A stretch of 64,000 nt of DNA from a virus. Every line of letters begins with the position of its first letter. Position 1 is the first letter of the stretch. Under the pieces are notes generated by a model that was given only the letters and a program-made list of their open reading frames with translations, was not told where the DNA came from and ran no database searches. The DNA is taken from positions 64,001 through 128,000 of the IMG/VR virus record IMGVR_UViG_3300027782_000037; one strand, given 5' to 3'. This document shows, piece by piece, positions 34,401 to 42,691 of the stretch. The position numbers and the translations under genes are program-made.

Positions 34401-36355
34401 ACTGAACTAATGCCTAAACTAGATACCCAGACATTAGATGCTGTGTTATATAATAGTGTTGCGTATTCCGCGCCCGCAGGACCAACTCCAATACCGCCAT
34501 TGTTAGCTGCTGTTGCGTTGGCAGCGTTATTGGCCATATTAATTTGTAAATCATTTGTGGTAATTGTATTTGAATTAATTGTGGTTGTTGTACCGTTAAC
34601 AGTTAAGTTACCGGTAATAACAACGTTACCATCAGTACCACCTGATCCATTTGGATCAATAGTTAATGTTGGGCCAGCACCTACAATTAAGTTACCACTT
34701 AGTGTGATACCACCAACTGATATAGTTCCACTTGTTGTGAAATTACCACCAGTCGTGTTGCCTGTTACGCTTAAACTTGTTAATGTACCTAAACTAGTGA
34801 CATTTGGCTGTGCCGCTGTAGCAAGAGTACCTGTAATTAATGTACCTGATAAATTACCGCCGGCAATATTACCAGTTGTACTGATTAATCCACTTGATGT
34901 TAAACTAGTTAATGTACCAACCGAAGTAATATTTGGTTGAGCATTTGTTGTAACAGTTGCAGCAGTTCCAACAGCCGATCCTGCTGATACAGCAAATGTT
35001 GCGTTTGCTACAGTACCAGTTACGTTACCACCGGTTAATGATGTTAATGTAGAACCATTACCAATGTAATAGTTTGCTGTTATATTTCCAGTTGAACTAA
35101 TCAATCCTGCTGTTAGAACATTGCCGCCAGTTACATTAGCAGTAGCACTTACCAGACCGGCAGTAGTAATATTACCACCAACAACGTTTGCTGCTGATGT
35201 AATTGTTGAAGTTGCCGAAATCAATCCAGCTGTTAATAAGTTACCGCCAGTTACGTTTGCAGTTACCGAAACTACAGCGCCTAATAAACTTGATCCTGTG
35301 ATAGTTCCGGTTGAACTAATTAATCCTGCTGTTAATAAATTGCCGCCAGTAATATTACCATTTCCAGCTATAGTTCCAAGTACACTAACACCAATTGGTG
35401 AAAATACAGCAACGTTGCCAACTGTGCTAACTGATATAGTTACATTTGCGTTTGCCGCAGCAATGTTTAGATTACTTCCACCGTTTACAACATTGGATAC
35501 ACTTGTAATAATACCAGTAAGTTGCGATCCATTACCCAGTATAAAGTTACCAGTGACGTTTCCTGTTGCTGAAACTAAGCCGGCCGTTAAGATGTTGCCG
35601 TGTATTGCATTGCCAGTACTGCTCATTATACCGGCTGTTAGGATATTTCCACCAGTTACATTACCAGTAGCAGTTACTAATCCAGCGGTAAGAATATTTC
35701 CACCGATTACGTTTGCTGCGGATGTAATTGTACTTGTAGCTGAAATCAATCCGGCTGTTAATATATTACCGTGTATGGCGTTGCCAGTACTGCTCATCAA
35801 TCCAGCAGTTAATAAATTGCCACCAGTTACGTTACCTGTAGCAGTTACTAGTCCAGCAGTTGAAATATTGCCGCCAATTACGTTTGCAGCGGATGTAATC
35901 GTACTTGTAGCTGAAACTAATCCGGCTGTTAATATGTTTCCACCAGTTATATTACCGCTTGCTGAAACTAATCCAGTTACATACTCTCCGGTTGGCGCAA
36001 ATACCGCCACATTACCTACTCCACTTACCCCAATAGTTATATTTGCAGCAGAAGCGGAAATAGTTACATTACTATTACCATTATTAATATTGCTTGATGA
36101 TGTACTAACACCTGTTAATAAAGAACCATTACCTAGAATATAATTTCCAGTTACGTTACCAGTAGCTGAAACTAATCCTATGGTTAGTAAGTTACCTCCT
36201 ATGATGTTACCGGCTGCTGAAATGTTACCAGATGCGCCTATATTGACAAATCCAGTCGCCGACCTAGTCCAGGTATTATTACCTGAAGAATAAGTGTAAA
36301 CAATATTGTTTACTGTTGCAGTTTGCCCATCAACGGGCGATACGGGAAAAGCCAT
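31406..36355 (-). CDS. Long fibre protein (1649 aa)
   Basis: Dozens of 17/23-aa G/N/T/I/A repeats (GNILTAGLISATSTITSAANVIG); N-terminus MAFPVSPVDGQ; C-terminus GPIT..SGV.VTV..GQRWVII. Confidence 0.85.
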   Translation of the reverse strand: MAFPVSPVDGQTATVNNIVYTYSSGNNTWTRSATGFVNIGASGNISAAGNIIGGNLLTIGLVSATGNVTGNYILGNGSLLTGVSTSSSNINNGNSNVTISASAANITIGVSGVGNVAVFAPTGEYVTGLVSASGNITGGNILTAGLVSATSTITSAANVIGGNISTAGLVTATGNVTGGNLLTAGLMSSTGNAIHGNILTAGLISATSTITSAANVIGGNILTAGLVTATGNVTGGNILTAGIMSSTGNAIHGNILTAGLVSATGNVTGNFILGNGSQLTGIITSVSNVVNGGSNLNIAAANANVTISVSTVGNVAVFSPIGVSVLGTIAGNGNITGGNLLTAGLISSTGTITGSSLLGAVVSVTANVTGGNLLTAGLISATSTITSAANVVGGNITTAGLVSATANVTGGNVLTAGLISSTGNITANYYIGNGSTLTSLTGGNVTGTVANATFAVSAGSAVGTAATVTTNAQPNITSVGTLTSLTSSGLISTTGNIAGGNLSGTLITGTLATAAQPNVTSLGTLTSLSVTGNTTGGNFTTSGTISVGGITLSGNLIVGAGPTLTIDPNGSGGTDGNVVITGNLTVNGTTTTINSNTITTNDLQINMANNAANATAANNGGIGVGPAGAEYATLLYNTASNVWVSSLGISSVGNITAGLGITSTGNLAGGNILTAGVMSSTGNAIHGNILTAGQVSATGNITTAGFFVGTFAGSISGNVTAAGANTQVQFNNSGNLAATAGLTFNTVGNLLTVSGNVVGGNLLTAGLISATGTVSGSSVLGTVVSASGNVIGGNVTTAGLVTATGNVTGGNLLTAGLISATSTITSAANIIGGNITTAGLVTATGNVVGGNITTAGLVTATGNVTGGNILTAGLISATSTITSAANVVGGNLSTAGLVTATGNVTGGNILTAGLISATSTITSAANITGGNLLTAGLISATSTITSAANITGGNILTAGLMSSTGNAIHGNILTAGQISATGNITTAGFFVGAFAGSISGNITAAGANTQIQFNTNGNLAATAGLTFNTVGNVLSVTGNIAGANLLTAGLISATSTITSAANVVGANITTTGLVTATGNVTGGNILTAGLISATSTITSAANVIGGNITTAGLVTATGNVTGGNILTAGLISATSTITSAANVVGGNLLTAGLISATSTITSAANVVGGNITTVGLVSATGTVTGSSLLGSVVSASGNVTGGNLLTAGLISATSTITSAANIIGGNITTAGLVTATGNVTGGNVLTAGLISATSTITSAANITGGNILTGGLISVTGAVTGGNLVTGGNLLITKTAASAAYAVQARTTGLTNDSGIYVDVANNFQFAARDGSNVLRVVIDANSSSSSYINSGNVGIGTSTPGAKLDVSGTANVSGNIQGGNLHTAGLISATGAVTAASVVGGVITGTSTSVSGTTTASSVVGGVITGTSVSVTGNIATADSSTLIAGRLRITSNGTGGFINQVDNSVLYIGANSFYPLSIAAGTSNATSNISIVSNLSVTGNVTGGNILTAGLMSSTGNAIHGNILTAGIVSATGNITGSFILGNGSQLTGISTGSSSNISNGTSNVSITTSGGNVTVGVAGTANVATFTSSGISAPVVAATNGILVNGSNVTANYTIAAGTNGFSVGPITTNSGVVVTVTAGQRWVII

Positions 36356-37392
36356 TAGTACCTTCCAATTGCTACTTCAATTACACCTGGTAAATTAGAA
36401 TTATAATCTTCCAGTGATTTACCAATGATACACCCAGGCAAGTATTTATTAGAATCTAAAACAGTGGCTACTCCTTTTATGGTACTAGAAACCAATCTAT
36501 CTCCCTTACGAATTGTACCCACTACGCTGCATGGAACACGCCCCGTTAGTGCTACTGGTAATCCAACTGCGCCTGAATTCATTAAGTAAGCAGGTTCAGT
36601 TGAAATAACACCGGCTACTCTGGTATCATGCGATATAGTTGATGCAGTAATTTCATCTGCACCGCCGAATATAACTAAAGTACCAGGAGAATAGCTGTTA
36701 TCAGCAACATAAGTTTCAGCCAAGTCAGCGTATTGTGCTGAAGTTGCCTTAGCAAATACTGTATTAAAGTATGTTGTCGCATTACCAATGTTACCTACAC
36801 CGTTAGCTTGTAAGTTAGTAAGACCGGCTGTTGTCCATGCTGCTATCGCAGTACCTCCAACAGTAATAGTAATATTACCGTTACTAGCATCAATGTTAGC
36901 TGAAGTATTGCCATTTGTAATGGCATTAAATGTGCCGTTTACACCAGCTGATGCCCCAAAATCGTCAATCCAATAGTAGCTCGTGCCATCAAAAGTAAAA
37001 CGATATTGAACGTTAGTTGTGGTGTTGTACCAAAAATCGCCCACGCTTGGACTTGATGGAGCTGTGCCACTTGATGTTGATCTAATGCCTCCACCAAAAA
37101 TGTTACCAGAAGTACTGATAATCCCACCAGATAGTATATTTCCGCCAGTTATGTTACCAGTAACGCTTACTGTTGTACCTGTGTGATTTGTGGCAGAAAT
37201 ATTGCCACCAGTTATGTTACCCGTAGCGGAAATTAATCCAGCGGTTAGTATATTTCCGCCAGTTATGTTACCGGTGGAAGATACTAATCCAACAGTTACT
37301 ACATTTCCCCCAATAACGTTTCCTGTTACCGTTAAAAATGTCTGAACTGTTAGATTGCCATATACGTTTGATCCACTTTGTAATTTAGCCAT
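36355..37392 (-). CDS. Fibre protein with C-terminal Peptidase_G2-like intramolecular chaperone domain
   Basis: SAQYADLAE.Y...VAGVIS..PAY.MN...VAL.GRVPC.V.G....GD.LVS. Confidence 0.75.
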   Translation of the reverse strand: MAKLQSGSNVYGNLTVQTFLTVTGNVIGGNVVTVGLVSSTGNITGGNILTAGLISATGNITGGNISATNHTGTTVSVTGNITGGNILSGGIISTSGNIFGGGIRSTSSGTAPSSPSVGDFWYNTTTNVQYRFTFDGTSYYWIDDFGASAGVNGTFNAITNGNTSANIDASNGNITITVGGTAIAAWTTAGLTNLQANGVGNIGNATTYFNTVFAKATSAQYADLAETYVADNSYSPGTLVIFGGADEITASTISHDTRVAGVISTEPAYLMNSGAVGLPVALTGRVPCSVVGTIRKGDRLVSSTIKGVATVLDSNKYLPGCIIGKSLEDYNSNLPGVIEVAIGRY

Positions 37393-37399
37393 AACTTAA

Positions 37400-37642
37400 T
37401 TATGATATTCCCGTCACTTCATCAAAAATTCCGTTAGATCCCGATACATTACCAGTCTGCATAGTTCCATCAGTTAAAATACGTAACGGAACGTTAACGG
37501 GTTGTGTAACTTCATCAAATACACTAGCAAAACACGCACTATTAGCAATCCGAGCGTTACTGTAAGTAACTTCATCAAATTGAATCGTGTTTGCCAGCAA
37601 TAAATTGCCTGTATTAAATAACCTAGCTGCTAAAAATGCCAT
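37400..37642 (-). CDS. 80-aa FDEVT-repeat adaptor protein
   Basis: Three FDEVT motifs; SD AGGAG; paralog of the termini of 41012-41878. Confidence 0.75.
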   Translation of the reverse strand: MAFLAARLFNTGNLLLANTIQFDEVTYSNARIANSACFASVFDEVTQPVNVPLRILTDGTMQTGNVSGSNGIFDEVTGIS

Positions 37643-37654
37643 TAGATTTCTCCT

Positions 37655-40600
37655 TTAACCGAATGTAAAGTCTACACTTTGCAGTGAGGTATTGTATGTC
37701 ATCTGTGCGCCCGGACCCGCTGCGTTCGCACTGTTTGCCATTTTAAACGAAGCACTTGTAATTATATTTCCAGTGGCAGTTACAAAACCAGCTGTTAAAA
37801 TATTTCCATGTATCGCATTGCCAGTACTGCTCATTAATCCAGCAGTTAGTATATTTCCACCTGTTACGTTACCAGTCGCAGTTACTAATCCAACTGTTGT
37901 AATATTGCCACCAATTACGTTTGCGGCACTAGTAATTGTACTTGTTGCCGAAATTAATCCAGCTGTTAATAAGTTACCACCAACTACGTTACCAGATACA
38001 GTTAATAAGTTACCTACTGTGTTAAATGTTAAGCCTGCGGTGGCAGCTAAGTTACCACCAGTATTAAATTGTACTTGCGTGTTAGCACCAGCAGCAGTTA
38101 TGTTGCCCGAAATACTTCCAGCAAACGTACCAACAAAGAATCCTGCTGTAGTAATATTACCTGTCGCACTTACTTGACCGGCTGTTAGGATATTTCCATG
38201 TATTGCGTTACCAGTACTGCTCATTAATCCAGCAGTTAGTATATTTCCACCAGTTACATTACCAGCAACAGACAATGCGCTGCCACTAGTATTAGCTATG
38301 ATAACCGTTGTATTTGCCGTAAATGTAGCATTACCATTACCTGCACTAGTACCAATCGTAATTATAGTATTACTATTAGCAATACCACTGGTACCGATAT
38401 TAATATTTTTAATTAGTGCATTGCCAGTTGCGCCTGAACCTAAGTTATAAGTAGCATTTGCTGTTGATGAACCAATTGTAGCATTAGCACCAGATGTAGT
38501 AATATTAGCACCAGTAATATCACCAGTTGCAGAAATTAATCCGGCAGTTATTAAGTTACCACCAATTACATTACCAGTAGCAGTTACTAAGCCAATTGTA
38601 GTTAAATTACCACCAATTACGTTTGCTGCGGATGTAATTGTACTAGTAGCCGAAATTAATCCAGCTGTTAGTAAGTTACCACCTGTAATATTTGCTGCTG
38701 AAGTAATTGTACTTGTCGCTGAAATCAATCCAGCTGTTAAAATATTACCGCCTGTTACATTACCCGTAGCAGTTACTAATCCCGCTGTTGTAATATTTCC
38801 ACCAATTACATTGGCCGCCGAAGTAATTGTACTTGTTGCTGAGATTAATCCTGCTGTTAATAAGTTTCCGCCTATAATATTAGCAGCACTAGTAATTGTA
38901 CTTGTTGCTGAGATTAATCCAGCTGTTAGGATATTGCCATGTATTGCGTTACCAGTACTGCTCATTAATCCGGCTGTTAGTACATTACCACCAGTTACAT
39001 TACCAGTAGCAGTCACAAGCCCAGCTGTTGAAATATTACCACCAATTACGTTTGCCGCCGAAGTAATAGTACTTGTAGCACTAATCAATCCTGCTGTTAA
39101 TAAGTTACCACCGGCTATGTTACCAGTAGCCGTCACCAGACCAGCAGTTGATATATTACCACTAGTTATGTTACCAGTAGCGGTTACTAATCCAGCAGTA
39201 GTAATATTACCGCCAATGATATTAGCTGCTGAAGTAATAGTACTTGTTGCTGAAATCAATCCAGCTGTTAATACATTTCCGCCAGTTACATTACCAGTAG
39301 CAGTTACTAGTCCAGCTGTTGAAATATTACCACCAATTACGTTTGCTGCTGATGTAATTGTGCCAGTTGAACTAATCAATCCAGCTGTTAATAAGTTACC
39401 ACCAACTACGTTGCCTGATACGGTTAATAAGTTACCAACTGTATTAAACGTTAATCCTGCTGTAGCGGCTAAGTTACCACCAGTGTTAAATTGTACTTGT
39501 GTATTAGCTCCGGCAGCAGTTATGTTGCCCGAAATACTTCCAGCAAATGCACCGACAAAAAATCCTGCTGTAGTAATATTACCAGTAGCTGATATTACTC
39601 CGGCTGTTAAAATGTTACCGTGTATTGCGTTACCAGTACTGCTCATAATACCAGCAGTTAAGATATTACCACCGGCTAAGTTTCCCGTAGCAGTAATACC
39701 AAGACCAGCTGTTATATTACCAACAGAGCTAATACCTAAACTTGATACCCAAACATTTGATGCTGTATTATACAGCAATGTTGCGTATTCAGCACCTACT
39801 GGACCAACGCCAATACCGCCATTGTTTGCTGCTGTTGCATTGGCCGCATTATTGGCCATGTTAATTTGTAAATCGTTAGTGGTAATAGTATTTGAGTTAA
39901 TAGTGGTTGTTGTACCATTAACTGTCAAGTTACCTGTAATAACAACGTTACCGTCTGTGCCGCCAGATCCGTTTGGATCAATAGTTAATGTAGGCCCGGC
40001 TCCAACAATTGTATTCCCACTTATTACAATACCACCAACTGATAAAGTTCCACCTGTTGTGAAATTACCACCTGTTGTATTTCCTGTTATGCTTAAACTT
40101 GTTAGAGTGCCAAGTGAAGTAACATTGGGCTGTGCTGCTGTAGTTAATGTACCAGTAACCAGAGTTCCTGATAAATTACCACCTGTAATATTGCCAGTTG
40201 AGCTAACAATACCAGCTGTTAGAATATTACCACCTGTAATATTTGCTGCTGATGTAATTGTACTTGTAGCACTGATCAATCCAGCTGTTAATAAATTACC
40301 ACCAGTCACGTTACCAGTACTTGACATAACACCAGCTGTTAATACGTTTCCGCCGGTTACATTACCAGTGGCAGTTACTAACCCAGCCGTTGAAATGTTG
40401 CCACCAATTACGTTTGCCGCTGATGTAATTGTACTTGTTGCTGAAATCAAACCAGCTGTTAAAATGTTTCCACCAGTTACGTTGCCGCTGCCCGCAATTG
40501 TTCCTAAAACACTTATTCCGGTAGGAGAAAATACAGCAACGTTACCTACTCCACTGACTGATATAGTTACATTGGCAGCGGCAGCAGAAATGTTAACATT

Positions 40601-40990
40601 ACTATTGCCGTTTACTACGTTAGATACTGATGTAATAATACCAGTTAATTGACTACCGTTACCTAGTATAAAGTTACCGGTTACGTTGCCAGTGGCAGAC
40701 ACCACGCCTGTAGTTAATATATTTCCAGCTTGTACATTACCGGATGCGCTGATTCCACCACCACCGCCACTTGTTATGAACGAGTTACCATAAACGTTAC
40801 CAGTGGCACTAATAATACCAGCAGTTGATATATTGCCGCCAATTACGTTTGCCGCCGAAGTAATAGTACTTGTAGCACTAATTAATCCTGCTGTCAGTAG
40901 GTTACCGCTAGTGATGTTGCCAGTAGCTGTGATGAATGTTTGTACGTATAAATTACCGTATACCGTGGTGCCTGATAGAAGTTTTGCCAT
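37655..40990 (-). CDS. Long fibre protein (1111 aa), paralog of 31406-36355
   Basis: Same repeats and a shared ~100-aa non-repeat block; N-terminus MAKLLSGTTVYG; C-terminus YNTSLQSVDFTFG. Confidence 0.85.
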   Translation of the reverse strand: MAKLLSGTTVYGNLYVQTFITATGNITSGNLLTAGLISATSTITSAANVIGGNISTAGIISATGNVYGNSFITSGGGGGISASGNVQAGNILTTGVVSATGNVTGNFILGNGSQLTGIITSVSNVVNGNSNVNISAAAANVTISVSGVGNVAVFSPTGISVLGTIAGSGNVTGGNILTAGLISATSTITSAANVIGGNISTAGLVTATGNVTGGNVLTAGVMSSTGNVTGGNLLTAGLISATSTITSAANITGGNILTAGIVSSTGNITGGNLSGTLVTGTLTTAAQPNVTSLGTLTSLSITGNTTGGNFTTGGTLSVGGIVISGNTIVGAGPTLTIDPNGSGGTDGNVVITGNLTVNGTTTTINSNTITTNDLQINMANNAANATAANNGGIGVGPVGAEYATLLYNTASNVWVSSLGISSVGNITAGLGITATGNLAGGNILTAGIMSSTGNAIHGNILTAGVISATGNITTAGFFVGAFAGSISGNITAAGANTQVQFNTGGNLAATAGLTFNTVGNLLTVSGNVVGGNLLTAGLISSTGTITSAANVIGGNISTAGLVTATGNVTGGNVLTAGLISATSTITSAANIIGGNITTAGLVTATGNITSGNISTAGLVTATGNIAGGNLLTAGLISATSTITSAANVIGGNISTAGLVTATGNVTGGNVLTAGLMSSTGNAIHGNILTAGLISATSTITSAANIIGGNLLTAGLISATSTITSAANVIGGNITTAGLVTATGNVTGGNILTAGLISATSTITSAANITGGNLLTAGLISATSTITSAANVIGGNLTTIGLVTATGNVIGGNLITAGLISATGDITGANITTSGANATIGSSTANATYNLGSGATGNALIKNINIGTSGIANSNTIITIGTSAGNGNATFTANTTVIIANTSGSALSVAGNVTGGNILTAGLMSSTGNAIHGNILTAGQVSATGNITTAGFFVGTFAGSISGNITAAGANTQVQFNTGGNLAATAGLTFNTVGNLLTVSGNVVGGNLLTAGLISATSTITSAANVIGGNITTVGLVTATGNVTGGNILTAGLMSSTGNAIHGNILTAGFVTATGNIITSASFKMANSANAAGPGAQMTYNTSLQSVDFTFG

Positions 40991-41011
40991 GTTGTTTCCT
41001 GTAAATTCTGG

Positions 41012-41878
41012 TTAGGTTATGCCACTGGATTCATCGAAGTAACCTTTTACTTGTATTGTTCCTGGAGCGATCTCTCGTTGTACTGTATTTAGTGTAAATG
41101 GATTATTATTACTCGGCTGAATATTTCCTACTAATAACACTTTAAAATTGTTTGGACTGGTATCTGCAAAAGCTCCCCCATTATTGGGGGCACACAGCAA
41201 TAATTGGGTATTAGGCACAGATACTAAAGGAGCATACGGCGGAGTAAAATTTGCTGCATATAATGCTGAGCCCACGACTAGGCGTAAGTTGCTGATATAT
41301 CCAGAAAGCCCATTATTACCTATGCCGTTATTATCATAAAATCCATTTACAACCCACTGGGTCGCAGAAGATAATGATACGTTCGACATGGCTCCATTAT
41401 CTGCAACACCATTTATATATAATCCACGAAATCCAGTTGCAGAACAACTTATAGCCACATGATACCATGAATTAGCAGCATAAGAATTGGTGGTAGTTAT
41501 AGATATTGGATAGCTAGCCCCATCTCCTTGTCTAACTGTAAATTTATTTGCTACTGTGTATCCCCAATCTATGGCTAAACTTTGTCCATATTGTGTACCA
41601 TCACCAATTGAAAATATAGCGCCACTGGCCACTGGAAATATCCAAGTTTCAAATGTCCATTCGGTACTAGATGCGCCAATATTAAAAACATTATTAATGC
41701 CATTTAGATAATTTCCTGACCCAGCAAAATCAATACTACCAGGAGATAAAAATGTTTCATCAAATAACCCGGCATAAATTACTGTGGGAGTAATACTAAT
41801 CCAATTTTGTGTAATTTCGTCAAAATACCCATTGGTTAATAAGACACCGTCAGCAGTAAGTCTGGAGGCTATAGTCAT
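41012..41878 (-). CDS. FDE adaptor with inserted LamG/concanavalin-like lectin domain
   Basis: WTFETWI, WYHVAIS, LYINGV, GYISNLR.V.G.ALY..NFTPP, flanked by FDE motifs. Confidence 0.8.
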   Translation of the reverse strand: MTIASRLTADGVLLTNGYFDEITQNWISITPTVIYAGLFDETFLSPGSIDFAGSGNYLNGINNVFNIGASSTEWTFETWIFPVASGAIFSIGDGTQYGQSLAIDWGYTVANKFTVRQGDGASYPISITTTNSYAANSWYHVAISCSATGFRGLYINGVADNGAMSNVSLSSATQWVVNGFYDNNGIGNNGLSGYISNLRLVVGSALYAANFTPPYAPLVSVPNTQLLLCAPNNGGAFADTSPNNFKVLLVGNIQPSNNNPFTLNTVQREIAPGTIQVKGYFDESSGIT

Positions 41879-41887
41879 GTTATATAA

Positions 41888-42613
41888 TTAAATGAATATC
41901 GTATCTAAGCTAGTTGTGCCAGCATTGTATATCTGATACACTGTGACAGCTCCATTGCTTGTCCAATTTACAGTATTTCCAATTAAATTATTTCCTGTAA
42001 TATTGCCACCAGCACCAGTGGTAGATATGTTACCTGTAGTAGTTAAATTACCTGCTTGTATATTTCCAGTGATACTTACATTATTTGTTAAATTAAATGT
42101 AACAATATCAGCGGCAGAATTGCCTGTTATTGAAATATTATTACCAGAAGCAAAAGCGACTGTACTGCTTACCCCATTGGCCACCACATTTGCGCTGCCG
42201 ACTACATTAATAATACTAAATGAATTGCCTGTATTTTGTAAAAACGTTAATCCTGTAGTTCCTATTACAATAGGATCATCAGTGACTAATTTCCAAGAAG
42301 TATCACTCCATTCTGTGCCTTCAGTGACCATTACGATCATTCCAGCATTAATTTCGCCGGTGGCATTAGAATCAGATGTGCGTACCCAAGTGCCGTTACT
42401 TCCGGAACCAACTATGGATACATCATACAATCCATTTTGACTAGCTGTAGATTGTCCGGCTACCAGAATACGATCGTTAATGTTAAGACTTACCCCGTCA
42501 ACGGTGCTGGGAGTTCCACCTGATAATGTAACATTGGCCAGTTCCAGCACACGTACGGCTTGTTTATAGTCAATGTCGGATATTTGTCCTGCTCGGATTC
42601 GAGTTAGTGTCAT
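41888..42613 (-). CDS. Fibre protein with gpH-like N-terminal anchor module
   Basis: Start MTLTRI at 42613; DYKQAVRV..N.TLSG...VDGV.L...DRILV..Q....QNGLY...W.R..D....G..V.V.EGT. Confidence 0.75.
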   Translation of the reverse strand: MTLTRIRAGQISDIDYKQAVRVLELANVTLSGGTPSTVDGVSLNINDRILVAGQSTASQNGLYDVSIVGSGSNGTWVRTSDSNATGEINAGMIVMVTEGTEWSDTSWKLVTDDPIVIGTTGLTFLQNTGNSFSIINVVGSANVVANGVSSTVAFASGNNISITGNSAADIVTFNLTNNVSITGNIQAGNLTTTGNISTTGAGGNITGNNLIGNTVNWTSNGAVTVYQIYNAGTTSLDTIFI

Positions 42614-42634
42614 CTTTTTTTCCAATTATAGCAT

Positions 42635-42640
42635 TATTTA
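42635..42640 (-). promoter_or_regulatory. Late promoter TAAATA
   Basis: Immediately after terminator, upstream of ATG 42613. Confidence 0.65.
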
Positions 42641-42643
42641 GTC

Positions 42644-42670
42644 AAAAAGACGGGGCTTCTGAGCCCCGTC
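42644..42670 (-). terminator. Intrinsic terminator
   Basis: GACGGGGCT-caga-AGCCCCGTC-TTTTT. Confidence 0.88.
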
Positions 42671-42691
42671 CTTTCATACACTAACTAGTAA

